Below are positions 41,439 to 53,600 of a stretch of DNA of 64,000 nt, piece by piece. The translations under genes were made by a program, and so were the position numbers. The stretch is from positions 186,001 through 250,000 of the forward strand of contig JAAOMT010000151.1 in NCBI GenBank assembly GCA_016748015.1, read 5' to 3'. The notes beneath the pieces are model-generated. The model saw only the letters and a list, made by a program, of their open reading frames with translations. It did not search any database and was not told the origin of the DNA. Each line of letters starts with the position of its first letter. The first letter of the stretch is position 1. The stretch comes from Geosiphon pyriformis uo1. Taxonomy: Eukaryota; Fungi; Glomeromycota.

Positions 41439-42147
41439 TGTTATAGTTGAAACCTATATTTCTTATTAATTATCATATGTATTAGTCACTAATGTTATAT
41501 AATTAGCCATTCTATTTTTAGAAAGTAATCATTGACCTGATCAATAATTTAATTATTGACTTGATTATTGACCTAGTTGTTAATCTGATCATTGACCACT
41601 TTTAATAGCTATATAAGTGATAAATCTCTTAGCTATAGAAATACATGTTAAAAAACAAAACATATCAGAAATCAAGGAAATTAAATAAATAAAATAACAA
41701 CTTTCATCTCAATTATTCTCTTATCACTAATTTTTTTTTCTCTATCTTCAAGTATTTAAACATCTTGGGATAAAAGATTACTTGTTGGTTATTCCTTACC
41801 CTTTTCTTGAAATGTGTAATTACATTATTTAAAAATTATTGAATAAAATGTAACTGAAGAGTATATCTAATATCTGATATTAAATTCTAAAAGTGTCAAT
41901 ATGAAGCATAAAATTATACCAGTATGTGATCATTTGTTAACAGTATGAACTATCTCTCTATCTTTAGATTCTCTGGTTATCTTTTGAAAAGTATAGTGAC
42001 TGAGATATTTTATAAGACTGATCTCACACATTAAATTCATACTTATTCAATTTGCTCTTTGAAGTTGAATTTCCTTTAATTTCTTTTATTACTCTACAAT
42101 CCTGTTCTCTTTTGCTATCTGTTAATTTGTTATTCCAACCCATAACA
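41439..42147 (+). repeat. 5' LTR of element A
   Basis: Direct repeat of 48477-48835 plus 58694-59025; internal tgacctgatca-like repeats. Confidence 0.92.
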
Positions 42148-42153
42148 TAAAAG

Positions 42154-42170
42154 TGGTGCTCCCTGTGAGG
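42154..42170 (+). promoter_or_regulatory. Primer-binding site of element A, probably tRNA-Ile(UAU)
   Basis: TGGTGCTCCCTGTGAGG is complementary to ...CCUCACnnGGAGCACCA, the 3' end typical of eukaryotic tRNA-Ile(UAU). Confidence 0.65.
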
Positions 42171-42199
42171 TTGTTAAAATCTACTTTGTTTTCTATTAT

Positions 42200-45100
42200 A
42201 TGAGTGATTATTCATATTTGCCACAACAATTAGAAAAATACTTTAAAGCACACAACAAAAATGATCTAAAATTTATTGAACTTAATTTTTTGTTCTTTTG
42301 CTTAATTTGCTTTTTCATCAAAAAACAATCTAGTAGACAATTCCAAAACTTTTGGAATTGGTTTCTGAATAAGCATTCAGCTAAAATCTACACAGTTTAT
42401 GCAATTTATTACTTTGACCAAGCTTATTTTGAAGACAACTTTGAAGAAAAAAACAACAGTATCAATCAGCTTTTATACTCCACAACTTTTGAACAACAAC
42501 TCCCTGATTCTGAATACCTAAATCACCAAATTCACATTAGGATTGCTATCTATCAGCTAGCTGAAACACTTTTTGAAACAGAAAAAAAAAACTATCAAAC
42601 TACTTCTGTTTTTAATTTCTTTTTAAGTGAATTAGAACATTTTACACAAACAGCTATTTCTGAATCAATGACTAATAACTGCATGCAACAAAACATTCTG
42701 ATTACCCTTCAGGGCTTACAAACTGCTTTAAGACAAAGAAATAACACATCACTATCTTTATTCAGAAGTGATATACAAGACCCAATTTAATGATTGGATG
42801 ACTTTGAAAGAGCTGCCACAGCCAACCAATATGATAATAAATACAAGTTCCAAATTATTGGTGGCTACCTCTAAGGCTCTTCTGCTGCTTGGTTTTCACA
42901 AGAAACTAATGTTGGTGCTCACTAAAAAATTATTAGATAAACATCAACAAATGCTAAAGAAGAAAATATCTTTCTCACAACCCAGTTTGAAACTAAATTT
43001 AGAACTCCTATTTTGATATCCAAATAGTACATAAAATTAGAAAAAAGAACCCAAGGTCCTGGTGAAGTTGTAACTGAGTATACCAAAGCAATCAGAAAAT
43101 TAATCAAGCAAATAGACTCTAAAAAAAACTGAACAAAAGAGCAAAAGATTCATTCCTTTACAAAAAAATTGAGAACTGATCTTTTCTATGCTTTTTGGTC
43201 TCTCTTGGCACTGAAAAACAATCCCACAATAGATATGGTCATTAAACTTGTCTAGAAAATAGAAGACAATCAAAAAATGCACTAAAATCTATTCTTTTGG
43301 TTTTTGCTTTTGCTTTTGTTATGGCTCCTGCTTCCCAAATGGCCGCTACTTCTTTTGCTATCTAAACTCAAAACTCAAATAAACAGTTAATAGATAGACT
43401 TACAGCTAATTTTGCCTGGTTACTGAAACTCTTAGTCTAAGCAGTTAGAGAGAATCAACAATCTCAAAGACCCAGATTTGAATCCCGTTTTAATCAAACC
43501 CAGCAATCCCCTTATCAAAGACAACAAAATTGTGGCCCACTTGTGTGTTATCACTGTAGATTAACTAGATATTTTTCCAAAGATTGCAACAATTTTTCTC
43601 TGCCTTCTTCAGCTCTCAGAAAAAATGACAATCATAACAACAGAACCATCAACAACAATGTTCCCAACCAAAGACCCAATCATGCCAACATCAATTTCTT
43701 TGAAAAAAATCTCTTAATTAAAGCTACTGTTTATTAGTCTTTAAATTGGTAAGCACATCTCCAAAGGATAAGAGTACAAGCCAACCAGAAGAAAACCTCT
43801 TTTATGCTTTTAATCTAACTGATGATAACTATAACATAAATAAACTAGCAATTAACACCTCTAAATCAACAAAAAAAAAGAAGAAAGCCAAGATTAATTT
43901 CGTTCTGAACCCAAACAAAGCATCCAAATTAACTGTTAATAACAATAAGCCATCAAAGGCTAAAGTTTTTAAAAATTCTTTAAAGTTAGAATTCCTAGAA
44001 ATAGTACAAAAATCTGGTCCCTATTCTGTTGTTAAAAATCTTATGGAAATCTCAGCACACATTACATTTGGCCAACTAATGACCCATTTACAGTTTAGAA
44101 AAAATCTTCACAAATTATTGATACCAAAAAAGAAAACACCAAAGACTAACAAATACTCTTACCAAGCTGAACTTGCTGATAACAGCAATATTACTCCTCT
44201 GATTTGTAAAGCCCAAGTGGCTGGTTACTTCATTAATCTAATCCTAGACAGTAGATTATCTGTTAATGTAATTGCCAAACACTTTTTTGAAGCAATTGGC
44301 AGAAAAATTGATGAATCTTTCACTCAACCAATGACCAATGTACATGGTGACAAAAAAAAAATCTGGGCATAGCCAAAACTGTTCTTGTTTGTATTAATAG
44401 TATCAGCATTGAAACTGACATGAAGGTATTTGAACCCAAGGAATACACAATAATTGTTAACAATGAATGGCTTAAGAAAGTGAAAGCCTTTCTTGACTAT
44501 GAACTTTGTGAACTGAACATCAGATATAGTAAAAAGCCCATTGTGGTTAAGTGTTATCATTGGACAACCTCTTCAGTAACCAAGCAAAACTAAGAAGAAG
44601 AACAATCAGATAAATCAGATGATGATAAGAGCAATAAAAAAGAAGATCAAAAAGAACAAAAAAAAACTGCTGAACTTATTTATACTATCTTTACCAACAA
44701 TGGCAAGCCACTGAACAATATTAAAGCTGACAAAGAAGGAATTATGATAAATAGCAAGCTGATCTGCTGGTCCTACTATGATATTCTTAAAAGAACCTTT
44801 GATAAAAAATCTGGCAAGAAAGCAAAATACAGTTATTGGTGGCATGGTTTTTGTGCCAGATTCTGATACAATAAACTTTTGTATTCTCTTAGTGATAAAT
44901 CCAAGTTTTGTTTGATCTATTACAAAGATTATAAGCCAATTAGTTTGATACTCAGAAAAAACTAAAAGAAGTACAGAAGTCTTTTGAGAATAAACCACCT
45001 AAATTCCAATTATTAGTTGTAAAACAAAGAGAATCTTCTCCTGAAGAAAAAAAAGTGAACATTGAAAATTTATTGGCTAGAAATAGCCCAGTTATCTTAA

Positions 45101-47790
45101 AAGAAAGTGATACCTCTGGACAAATCCATGTGATACAACACACTATTACCACAAAAGAAACTCATCCCATCTATTTGAAGCCTTATCAATCCAATTGACA
45201 CAATGATAAATTCATTAAAAAAAAGATAAACTGGATGAAAGATCTTGAATTCATACAAAAAACCAAGAGTAAATGGGCTTTTCCAGTTGTAGTAGTATCC
45301 AAAAAAGATAGAACCCTATGCTTCTGTGTTAACTATCACTAATTAAATGTTATTACTATAAGAAACATGTACCCCTTCCCAAAATTGATGTAATACTAGA
45401 TAAATTCAATAGTGCTGCTTTTTTTTCAACCATTAATTTAACTGCTGGATTTTGGCAAGTAGAGATGGATCTAGAAAGCAGAAAAAAAACTGTTTTTATT
45501 ACTAAGTATAACACCTATAAATTTACAGTCATGCTTTTTGGTCTTACCAATGCCCTTCCCATTTTTCAATGTCTAATGGACAAAGTGTTTAAATTAGTAA
45601 AAGAAAACTTTGTTCTGGTTTACTTGGACAACATAATGGTATACTCAAAAATCTGGGATAAATATCTTAAATACTTGCAAAAGGTTTTTGATCTTCTTAG
45701 AAATGCTAGTCTTAAGATAAATCTAATCAAATCTTTCTTTGGATGTCAATCTACTCAGTTTTTTGGTTATCTTATTATAAAAGATGGAATTTTCCCTGAT
45801 CCAGCTAAAATTAAAAAAATTCAAAACATTAAACAATCAATAAATGTTCTTGAACTATGCTCTTTTCTTGGTTTGGCTTTTTACTATTGCAAATTTATTA
45901 AGGATTTCTTCAAAATCGCCTTTTCTCTCAATTAACTACTCAGGAAAAATGTCAATTATCATTGGGGCACTTATCAACAAAAAGCTTTTGAAATTCTAAA
46001 GGAAAAACTTGTTATTGAACCAATTCTTAAGCAACCTAATCTGGACCAATCTTTTATCCTCTATACTAACACATCTGGCTATGGACTTGGTACTGTTTTC
46101 TCACAAAAAGATAAAAATAGCAGGAAACATGCTATAACATATGCCAGTAAATCTCTCACACCAGCAGAAAAAAACTACTCAGTAACTGAACAAAAATGTT
46201 TAGCAGTAGTTTAGGCTACTAGTTACTGGAACCAATATCTTCTTGATGTAAAATTCTTAGTAATAACAGATCATCAAGTCTTGGTTTGACTGTGCAATAA
46301 AAAGAAGCTAGAACATAAACAAATAACTTACTGGATACTTCACTTGGATAAATTCGACTATAATATTCAATACTGCAAAGAAGCAAATCATCAAAACACT
46401 AATACTCTCTTTAGATTTACCATCTAGTGACAGTACAAACTTTTCAAACCAATCCATCTTAATTATTAGTAACTCCTCTTTTGACAAACATGATAATGGA
46501 CTTGGACAATTACTCTGTCTTAATAGAATTTTTGGGTAAAGGACAATACCCACCAAAATACACTTAACAACAAAGAGAACATTTGCACAAACAATCAAAT
46601 TTCTATTTGATCTGCCAAAACCAATTATATAAAAGAAACAAAAAAAATTCTGACTGCTCCCAAAGAGTCATCAGATTTGAAAAAAAAAAAATTGTAATAT
46701 ACAACATACATACTGACCCATTAGCTAGACATTTTGGAAAAACAAAAACAATTCAGAAAACTTTAGCTTACTATTATTGGCCTATCTTAGGAAAAAACAT
46801 TGCTAAATACATCAAAACCTGTGACATTTGTCAAAGAAGAGGCAAAGCCAATTGCAAAAAAAATATCCATCCAATCTCTGTGAGTCAACCATTTGACAGA
46901 ATTGGTATAGATGTTGTTGGATCTTTAACAATAATTTCTGATAGTAACAGATATATTATCACAGCTACCAACTATCTTATAAAGTGGGTAGAAGCAAGAG
47001 TTATTTCAGACTAAACAGTAGTCTCAATAGCCAATTTTATTTATAAAAATATTATCTGCTGTCATGGCTGCTCCAAAGAACTTTTATCTAATAGAAGAAG
47101 AGCTTTTCTTAATACACTGGTTGAAGAACTTTGTAGAAAAATGGGAATATGTCATAAACTTTCTTCTTTTTACTACCCTTAAACAAATGACTTAGTAGAA
47201 CATTTCAATAAAACACTATATAAAACTCTAGCCAAAACCAGTGAAGAAACAAACTTATAGAACAAAGTACTGCCTTCAGCTTTGTTTGCTTATAGAACTG
47301 TGAATCATAACATAACAAGTTATGAATTTTTTAATTTGCTCTATGGATACATAGCAATACTACCAATAGAAACTAACATTGAGACAATATTCTTTGAAAA
47401 AATCACAATAAGAAATTACAAAGACATTTTGCAAAAAAGACTTGGTACTATTCTTGACTCTTTAGTAGAAGCATGAATAATTGCTTTTAAAAAGATAAAA
47501 CAGTTCTAAGAAAAGCTTAAGAAAAAGAAAATCTATAAAACACTTTTTTTAAGTATTAGTGACTTGGTATTGGAATATTGTTCAAACAAAGACAATATCT
47601 ATGGTGATAAATTCTCTAGCCAGTAGAAAAAACTCTTTATAGTCAACAAAGTTTTAAATAATGGTTTTTATATTCTTCAAAATTAATTTAGAACAATCTT
47701 CAATGATTATTCTGTTCATAGTACATAATTTAAGAAATATCATAAATGATCTGATTGGTTATCTGTTGTGATAATATCAACCCAAATAAT
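42200..47790 (+). pseudogene. gag-pol of element A
   Basis: CYHCRLTRYFSKDC (decayed knuckle), LILDSR (protease), FGLTNA..FQ, YLDN (RT), NYSVTEQKCLAVV (RH), H..HFG..YYWP..C..CQ, PFDRIGIDVVG (integrase). Confidence 0.88.
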
Positions 47791-47850
47791 TAGCAAAAAT
47801 CAAGTATAAATAAATGCACCATTTCCAAAACAGAGGTATCTTCAATTGAC

Positions 47851-48507
47851 ATGAATAATTATTTTTTGGATTAAAACATTCAAAACACTTTCTATACTTT
47901 CCATAAGTATTGAATCAAAAACTATCCAAATGCTACTCTAACCATTGGAAAACAAACTACCATAACTAATAACAGTAGAATACATACTGTTATTAGACCA
48001 AAGAAAACCATTACCAGAAGAGAAAAAATTGGTAGCAAAATAGATAAATATCTGTTAGAAAGTATAACAGCAGCTATACTTTTATCTTTTAGCACAATTG
48101 GAAAAACAATCCAAGAAATCTTGCCCATAAACAAAAATTTGACATATAAAAGACAATTAAAACTCTATAGTTGTCTTGGAGAAATCATAGAGAATATGAA
48201 ACTTATAAAGAAAACAACTTTAGAGATACAGACAGAAATTTTGGGCATTATATGATTAGATGTTCCAAGAGTTTTAACTATTGCTAAAAGAGCCAAAACT
48301 CTAATACAAAGATTTGATCTCTTGGATACAAAACTTATTTTACCTCAAGTATTATATATCCTATCCACAAAAAACTTCAACAAACTAGTTAGCTTTGAGT
48401 TAGACAAAACTTTTCAAATAGATTATCTTATAAATAGTCTAATTTTGCCAGAACTCAATTTTTTTGGAGAGGATAATGTTATGGTTAAAACCTATACTTC
48501 TTATTAA
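47851..48507 (+). pseudogene. Extra ORF3 of element A (218 codons, 3 premature stops), unknown function
   Basis: A single frame runs from ATG 47851 through the PPT into the LTR. The stops TAA/TGA/TGA each revert to CAA/CGA by one T-to-C change. Confidence 0.6.
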
Positions 48508-48835
48508 TTATCACATGTATTAGTCACTGATATTATATAATTAGCCACTCTATTTTTAGAAAGTGATTATTGATCTGATCAATAACCTGATTATTGACCT
48601 AATCATTAACCTAGTTGTTGACTTAATTATTGACCACTTTTAATAGCTATATAAGTGATAAATCTCTTAGCTGTAGAAAAGCATGTAAGAATCAAAGAAA
48701 AAAAATAAATAAAATAACAACTTTTATCTCAATTATTCTCTTATCACTAATTTCCTTTTTTTTATCTTTAAGTATTTAAACATCTTGAGATAAAAAATTA
48801 CTTGTTGGTTATTTTTTACTTTTTTTCTGAAATGT

Positions 48836-49815
48836 TGTTACTGGAGGTTTTTGGTCTCTTTTTTGTAATATTGTTGATATTTATTTGCTGTGAATTCACG
48901 TTTTCTGGATGTGGTTGAACCTCCAATAACTGAATTTATCTTCAAATTATCTCCTATAATTTGAACTTGCTGGACTTATGAGTGGAATGGCCAATTCCAT
49001 GCCAGTTGCTTTATTTAGTTATGTTGTAGTAAACGTCAACTCTTTCCCAGGAATTGCTTGTCTGGAAGCTCACTAAAAATGGGTAGTTACTTTGCTGTGA
49101 AAGTCAACTCTTCTACAGGAATCTCATCTGTAGGCTACCCTAATGATTGTAATAAGAAAAGAAAAGAAAAATAAAAGAAGTGTAAAAAAAATAGGATTTT
49201 ATCAAGGGAAACATTTTCTATCCAGGCCTGGAGTCACTAACAGTTTACTGAAATTGGTAGCTAATTAATTTCGAAATGTTAGTTGGGTTTTGGGAATTTT
49301 CCAAGTGCAATAATTAAAGAACTTGGTTTTTCAAATTATTTGATATTTATTTCTTTTTGTGTGTATAGGAATGGTTCTAAGTGATAAATCTAAAGTAAGA
49401 TACATTTTCTCGAAAAGAGAAGCTTTTCTTTTATACAACTTGTTGTAACACTATTCTATGAACTTGAACTTTGCTATTTTCTACAATTTCGCTGAAATAA
49501 AGATACATTTTGGCGAACTACAAGTTATTTCGGCGAACTATTAGATATTTCGGTAAACTATCAATTATTTTGGCAAATTTCTACAAATTTCGGCAAACTT
49601 CTGAATATTATATAGTTCAGGGTATTGTATGATTGATCGTCGCAATTAGGTTACATTTGTGTTGTGTACAATTTGGGTTATTAATTAAATGATAATTTCG
49701 GACATTTTTCCTAATGTAATAAGTGATCATTTGAAACGATAATATATGCTAATTAATGATAGAAATTATAAGATAATTTCATGCTAAATAATATCTCTAA
49801 TTTTGTCTGATAACA
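48836..49815 (-). repeat. 3' LTR of element B
   Basis: Near-identical to 57710-58689. Confidence 0.95.
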
Positions 49816-49849
49816 TAACCTCCTCCTCAAGACTGAGCTCCGTCGAAGT

Positions 49850-50503
49850 TCAAGTACTGTCTGTTATTTCCAGATAGTAATCCAAAATTATTGAAGAAAT
49901 TTGGTCTGAAAATTGTTGAAATTTCAGTTCTGTAAGCTTTCCAATGTATTGAATCTTCAAAAGTTGAAAAATTGGGTTTTGTAGTACGTTTTCACAGGTG
50001 TGGAATAGGTTATAAAGTCTAAGAGCAGCTCTAAGCCTGTAGTGACTGTTTGTTGATCCAGCTGTTGTCTTGAATTTGTTGTGGAGTTGTTTCTGAATAG
50101 CTTTTTTTGTGAGTTTTGCTGTTGTAAGTTCCAGTTTCTGTTCATAGAGTGTTTTTCCAATGTGAAAATATCTATAGATTGAAGAATATTCAGTGTTTTC
50201 TTCATTGAGACATAGTTGAAGTTTTTGTTGAATTGTAGCATTTAGTGAAATACTAATCGGAGTAAGCATTAGGTTTTCTCTTAAAGCAAGCTTTAAAAGT
50301 TCTGGCAGGTAAATTCCAGTATAACTTTTTGTGTTTTTTTTATACGGATGATATTTTCGTGAATTTGGGGCTAATTTTGTAACTACTTCTGTTTGGGTAT
50401 AATTTATGTGGTTTCCAGTAACAGTAATGGATAATTCGGATATTGTTTTTAAAGCTAACATTAGTTTTTGGGATAATTGTTGAATGTTTTGAGGAATAGT
50501 CAT
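49850..50503 (-). CDS. Extra ORF3 of element B (217 aa, intact), unknown function
   Basis: Open sense-strand frame between the integrase and the PPT; similar to ORF3 of element A. Confidence 0.7.
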   Translation of the reverse strand: MTIPQNIQQLSQKLMLALKTISELSITVTGNHINYTQTEVVTKLAPNSRKYHPYKKNTKSYTGIYLPELLKLALRENLMLTPISISLNATIQQKLQLCLNEENTEYSSIYRYFHIGKTLYEQKLELTTAKLTKKAIQKQLHNKFKTTAGSTNSHYRLRAALRLYNLFHTCENVLQNPIFQLLKIQYIGKLTELKFQQFSDQISSIILDYYLEITDST

Positions 50504-50669
50504 TATAAGCAATTGAAAAAAATAAAAATAATTTTTGGTGTATGGGTTTTTATGCTATTTTTGTTTTGTTTTTGTGAGATTGTTTCTAAATTATAAGAGA
50601 ATAACTAGTAAAATTAAATTAAGTATTCAGATTGGAAGGTTGTTCAATGACAACTATTGGTTCTAAGTT

Positions 50670-53600
50670 TTAGGGAATATCTTTGGGACTGACCAAAGGG
50701 GAATGTGTACCAATTTGTGGAATTAATGATTCAGGATTGTTTCTGGAATGATAGTGTTTCAAATGATCTCCATGTGCAATTTTTGCTAGGATTTTGTCAT
50801 CAAGTCTTAGCTTGTATGATCTATTGCCTAGGACTTCATAGATAAAGAATGGTCCATTCCATTTATTTTCAAATTTTCCACTCCATTGTTTTTCAGCTTT
50901 AGTTTTGTGTAAGAGAACTTTGTTTCCAATTTTAAATTCATTGGTGACTAAAGGCAATTTGTTATCATGCCATTCTTTTTGTTGAGCTTGGGAGTGTTCA
51001 ATATGGGTGGCTGCTATTTGTCATTTTCCTTCCAATGTGCTAAACAGAGTGTAGGCTCTTTGTTGAAACATTTCTTGGAAATTGTTTTCATCGATCAGTT
51101 GTGCTGGGTATGTTTCCACTGTGAAACTAATTGGTAACATTGCCGTCTTTCCATAAGTTAAATTAAATGGTGTGTGTTTCGTGGTATCTTGTTTTAATGT
51201 CCTATATGCTAATAACACTGATGGAATAAAGAGATCTCATTCTTGCTCAAAATCAGTTGAGACTTTGGCTAATGATTCACACAATGTTCTGTTAAAACGT
51301 TCCACAAGTCCGTTTGTTTGTGGATGGTAGGGCGAAGACAGAGGTCTTTTGACATTGAATCGTTCACAAATTTCTTGTATCAGGTTGTTCACAAAGTGTG
51401 TTCTCTGATCAGATAAAAGTTCAATTGGACATCCATGTCTACAAATGATGTCTTCATAAATGAAATTTGCTACTGTTTTTGCATCTGCTCGTTGAATGGC
51501 TTTGGCTTCAGGCCATTTAGTAAGATAGTCTACAGCTATTGCAATATAACGGTTTCCTTGAGTGGTAATAGATAGTGGTCCGACTAAATTGATACCAACT
51601 CTGTCAAAAGGCTGTCCAACTTTGATTGGATTTAAAGATTCTATAGGGCAAGTTCCTTCTCTTCTTTGACAACTATCACAAGATTCGACATATTCGTGAA
51701 TGTCTTTTCTTATTTGAGGCCAAAAGTAGTATTTTAGTGTTTTTTGGGTGGTGCTATCTTTTCCGAAGTGTGTTGATGAAGGATCTGAGTGTATATTGTA
51801 TAAAATGGTCTTTTTTTCTTGTTTTTGTATTAATCTGAGTGGTTTGGTTGGGTTTTTGAAATTTTGATGATAGATAATGTTGTTGTGTAGAAAATATTGT
51901 TTGGCTTGTTGTTGTAACTAATGTTTTTTGTCTGGGGACCAATCTGTTGGGATTGTTAATGTCTTCAAATATTGTTTGAAATTGTTGTAGTTTTTGGGGT
52001 TCATTGTTTGTTGTTTTGATGCTGTTAATTCAAATGGGTGTTGGTTTTGTTTTCTAATCTTGCCTCATTCTTGAGAGACAATCAACGTTGGTGTAGAGTT
52101 TTCCTGGTTTGTGGTGTATGATGTATTGGTAATTAGCTAAAAATCCTGTCCATCGGGTTTGTTTTGTGTTCAGCTGGGTGTTTTTGTTTTGAAGCCATTT
52201 AAGTCCAATATTATCAGTGATAATATCAAATTCTTTAGGTCTGAGGTAAAGGTTGAAGTGATGTAGGGCCCAGATTACTGCTGCGGTTTCTAATTCTGTT
52301 GCAAGGTAGTTCTTTTTGGCTGGCTTTAATGTTCTACTAGCATAAGCAATTACTCACTCATTTCTATTGTCATCTAACTGTGATAGAATGGCACCAAAGG
52401 CAGTATAAGAAGCGTCAGTTGCTAACCGGAATTGGTTGCTGAAATCTGGGTAGGCGAGGATTGGAGCTGTTGTGAGTTTTTCCTTAAGTATCTCGAAGGC
52501 ATTTTGGTGTTCTTCTGTCCATTTGTATTCGATATTTTTAGTAGTAAGCTGGTTGAGAAGTTTTGCAATTTCTGAGAATCCTTTGATGAATTTTCGGTAA
52601 TAGAATGCTAATCCAATAAATCCTCTTAATTCTGTGGTATTTCGTAAAGTCTTAAAGTTCTTGACAGTACTGATTTTTCCAGGATCTGGTTTAATTTCAT
52701 CTTTGCTAACAATGTGACCAAGAAAAGCTAAATTTGTTTTTCTGAAGTAGCATTTTTCAATATTCAGTTTCAATCCTGTTTTCCATAATCATTGAAAAAC
52801 TTCTTGCAGATGAATTAAATGTAGCTCAAAAGATGGTAAATAAACATCAGTGTCATCAAGATAAACTACTACTGATTTCCAAAGAAGGCCTTTGTAAACA
52901 ACATCCATGAGTCTTTGGAATGTTGCTGGTGCATTGCATAATCTGAAAGGCATTACATTGAACTCGTAATTTCCTTCTTGAGTGGTGAATGCTGTTTTGG
53001 GGCAGTCTTTGGGATCCATAGCAACTTGCCAGTATCCACTCTCTAAATCTAATGTCAAAAAGTATTTGGACTTTCCAAGGGCATCCAACATGTCATCAAT
53101 TTGGGGAAGAGGGTAGGCATCCCCAATGGTGACACTATTGAGTTGTCAGTAATCAACACAAAATCGTATCTTTCCATTTTTCTTTTTAACTAGAACCACA
53201 GGTGAGGCCCATGGGCTCATTGATGGTTGAATAAGCCTATTGTTAAGTATCCGTTGTACTTCTTCTCGGATAAATTGGTGACTTTTTGGAGCAACTCGGT
53301 AGGCTTGTTGTTGCCTGGGTTTGGCATCTCCTATATAGATTTGGTGTTAAACCAAATCAGTTCTTCCTAAGTCATTGTTGTTTTCAGCAAAGATATCAGC
53401 AAATTCTGCAATTAGTTCTTTGAGCTGGGTCTGTTGTTGTAGTTCAAGTTGTCTCATGTTGATTCAAGATAGTTTTTTCATAACAACATGGTAGTTTTCA
53501 GAGCTAGGGTTTGGGTTGATTTTCAGTAGTGAATATCCAATAATTTCAGGGAAATTGGGGACTGTTTGGGGTAATTCTTGTTGAAATATATTACTGTGAA

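Noticed and set aside
49485-49600. Short repeats with spacers resembling CRISPR
   Set aside because: Repeats are ~13 bp with tiny spacers, duplicated in both LTRs, in eukaryotic DNA with no cas genes.
47851-50503. ORF3 as a retroviral envelope
   Set aside because: No signal peptide, transmembrane helix or fusion motif.
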